Assembly: GCA_044358905.1 (NCBI GenBank)
Contig: JBIKND010000001.1
Coordinates: 5,476-69,475, forward strand
Reading direction: 5' to 3'
Length of the DNA: 64,000 bases
DNA from: Pirellulales bacterium
GTDB lineage: Bacteria > Planctomycetota > Planctomycetia > Pirellulales > UBA1268
Shown: positions 63,201-64,000 of the stretch, piece after piece
Numbering within the stretch: position 1 is the first letter of the stretch
Layout of the letters: the number at the start of each line of letters is the position of its first letter
The notes under the pieces: generated by a model
The model's database searches: none
What the model was told of the DNA's origin: nothing
Seen by the model: the letters and a program-made list of their open reading frames with translations, nothing else
Position numbers and translations under genes: made by a program

Positions 63201-64000
63201 CGGGCCCGTGTATCCATTGGTGCCGGCGAGCACGAGTGTGCCGGAGCCGAGTTTCGTCAGCCCCCGCGCGTTCGCAGTGCCACTCGTATTGTTGATCGCA
63301 GTCGGATACACGAACGTACCGCCCGCCGCGTCGCTCGTATCCAATCCCAGCGTGGAACCGTTCAGAAAGCCGCCGGAAGCGGAGCCGAGCGATGCCACCA
63401 TGGCCGCCTGCTCGGCGGAGAAGCCCGTGGTGCCGCCCACGCGCAGAGCGAGAGTGGCGCCGCTCCCCGTCACGATGTTGGTCGTGGTCCACGCGGCGGT
63501 CGTGCCGCCATACAACGACGTCGGCGTCGCAAGCAGCAGTGTTCCGGCCGCGACCGTCGTCCGACCCGAGTAGCCACTGCTCCCCGACAGCGTGAGCGTG
63601 CCATTGCCCGTCTTCGTGAGGCTACCCGACCCGATCAGGGCGCCGGAATAGACGGTGGTTTGGCTGTTGCCTCCCACGGTCAGTCCCTGCAACGGCACCG
63701 TCAGCGGCCGAGAACCCGCCAGACCGCCGATCGCATACGTGCTCGTCGTGGCGGACAACACGACGCTCCCCGTATCGGTGGCCCGCATGTCGAGCGTGGA
63801 ACCGGCCAGCGCACTGCCATGAGCCACGACCAGCGTGCCTGACACGCTGCGCGTCGGCCCCGTATAGGCATTGGATCCAGCCAGAACCAGCATGCCAGCG
63901 CCAAGCTTGGCGATGCCCAGCGGACCGGAAGCCGGATCGGCGAGCGACGGGGAGTAGGAAAACAGCGATGGCGTATCGAGGCCGAGCATCAGACACTCGC
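60285..64000 (-). CDS. Giant surface protein with autotransporter-associated beta-strand (PATR) repeats, a dockerin-like segment and a PEP-CTERM sorting signal. The 5' end probably lies beyond the window.
   Basis: From ORF 60285..63989. The frame stays open to the window edge and the listed N-terminus has no signal peptide. It has many GxGTLxLxGxNxYTGxTxVxxGTL units. DTNLDGLVNSSDI and SGNVNSTDISLL are dockerin-like. The C-terminus is VPEPSTIVLAAAGVCLTVAFRMGRRR. Confidence 0.85.
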   Translation of the reverse strand, partial: ECLMLGLDTPSLFSYSPSLADPASGPLGIAKLGAGMLVLAGSNAYTGPTRSVSGTLVVAHGSALAGSTLDMRATDTGSVVLSATTSTYAIGGLAGSRPLTVPLQGLTVGGNSQTTVYSGALIGSGSLTKTGNGTLTLSGSSGYSGRTTVAAGTLLLATPTSLYGGTTAAWTTTNIVTGSGATLALRVGGTTGFSAEQAAMVASLGSASGGFLNGSTLGLDTSDAAGGTFVYPTAINNTSGTANARGLTKLGSGTLVLAGTNGYTGPTRVVGGALHLPWATSLYAGNTRSWTAANIVTGSGAMLTLNVSDTGFEFTSPQVSQIAALGTPTGGFAPGALLGLDTTNAIGGIFSHASGIANPNLGENQLGVVKLGSGTLALYGFNTYSGPTRVTAGTLYLGHRFTLNGGTTAAWTAQNLTVESGATLSLAVGGNWQGFEQFSSADVAALTALGSGSSGFRDGSMLGIDVAGGLSFTQDVGLRNPNGGLNSISLIKSGVGTLVLSGSNSFTGTTRIAAGTLRLSNPNALAGSTLDLNAADTGSLSYNVSSGTVNIGGLTGSRRFDVPGSWNTPVAVGGNGQNTTFSGTLAGSGQFIKQGAGTLTLSGSSPAFTAKTAIDAGTLAVNGSLANSPVTVNAGGRLAGTGVVGTTTVNAGGTLMPGNSPGTLTVSGGLTFASGGNYNWQIHDAAGTAGASIGWDLVNVGGVLDVSATTESPFNINLWSLSGVGPDSNGAAVNFNPAASGTWTIATAAAGITNFDAGKFAVNVSAAHDAGGFTNALDGGTFRLVQQGNDLNIVFTPKMIPNPSTLTWYGDGVHPGGSGVWTTTGANWFDGTAVRPWVPGARAVFSGSGGTVTLGEAVAANGGLAFTATGYTVAGVGLTLGGTANAVDVAAGASATLAAPLAGTAGLTKAGPGTLSLAAANTIGGAMVVQTGTVVVASPAATAASTVRVQAGGAVKIEPGVTMRAPSLTLDGGRLDAAGATLLVSGTGGIGQFVIASGTVAGAPGLVVSGSGQVSLPTNIRQVVNLSSLAIDQATGGKLDIGKGRINVAPGGIAEADLRADLIAGRGTGSFSGTAGIVTTGGKASETSANPVVGYRVLTSGSAIVAWAAYGDTNLDGLVNSSDIGLIIAGGKFGKGTGAVWVQGDFTYSGNVNSTDISLLSQSGLYGKGSYLPPASLSVTLADDVRPLVTTEFLSGPIGMTIMAAVPEPSTIVLAAAGVCLTVAFRMGRRRSASKQS

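Overview
This is a high-GC chromosomal segment that looks like Planctomycetota. The lineage markers are a DUF1559 protein with a prepilin-type N-terminus and an H-X9-DG motif, a PEP-CTERM protein with autotransporter-type beta-strand repeats, a formylglycine-type sulfatase, and a MoxR/DUF58/BatA operon. About 55 coding genes can be supported.

Housekeeping genes:
- gap
- tig followed by two tandem clpP genes
- tRNA-Gly(GCC)
- panB
- ffh, rpsP, trmD and rplS
- sucCD
- lutABC
- lnt
- gmd

They are interleaved with lineage-specific blocks.

The most interesting content, in order:
1. A minus-strand cluster at 11.4-20.7 kb. It holds a MacB/FtsX-type ABC transporter, two paralogous signal-peptide proteins whose predicted mature N-terminus is CPFC (one at each end of the cluster), and two DUF3299-like proteins with a CCFG motif. 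Downstream are a DUF4239 protein, an orphan solute-binding protein and an AIM24 protein.
2. A structured element of about 130 nt, present twice (12623-12754 and 52180-52309). Each copy lies in sense orientation just after a stop codon, and the two copies differ by compensatory changes in the stems.
3. A 106-bp hairpin-rich tandem repeat that begins at the panB stop codon.
4. A phd/vapC toxin-antitoxin pair sitting between two diverged copies of the 3' end of a gene plus its downstream junction.
5. A six-gene MoxR-DUF58-VWA-VWA operon. Its last complete gene encodes a 1241-aa low-complexity membrane protein containing a 25-residue poly-Gly run.

Most other long ORFs in the six-frame track are alternate-frame or antisense artefacts of the high GC content. 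Many listed ORFs also carry false N-terminal extensions, which I trimmed by hand. All coordinates and identities were derived by eye, with no searches run, so family names rest on recognised motifs and should be confirmed with HMM searches.
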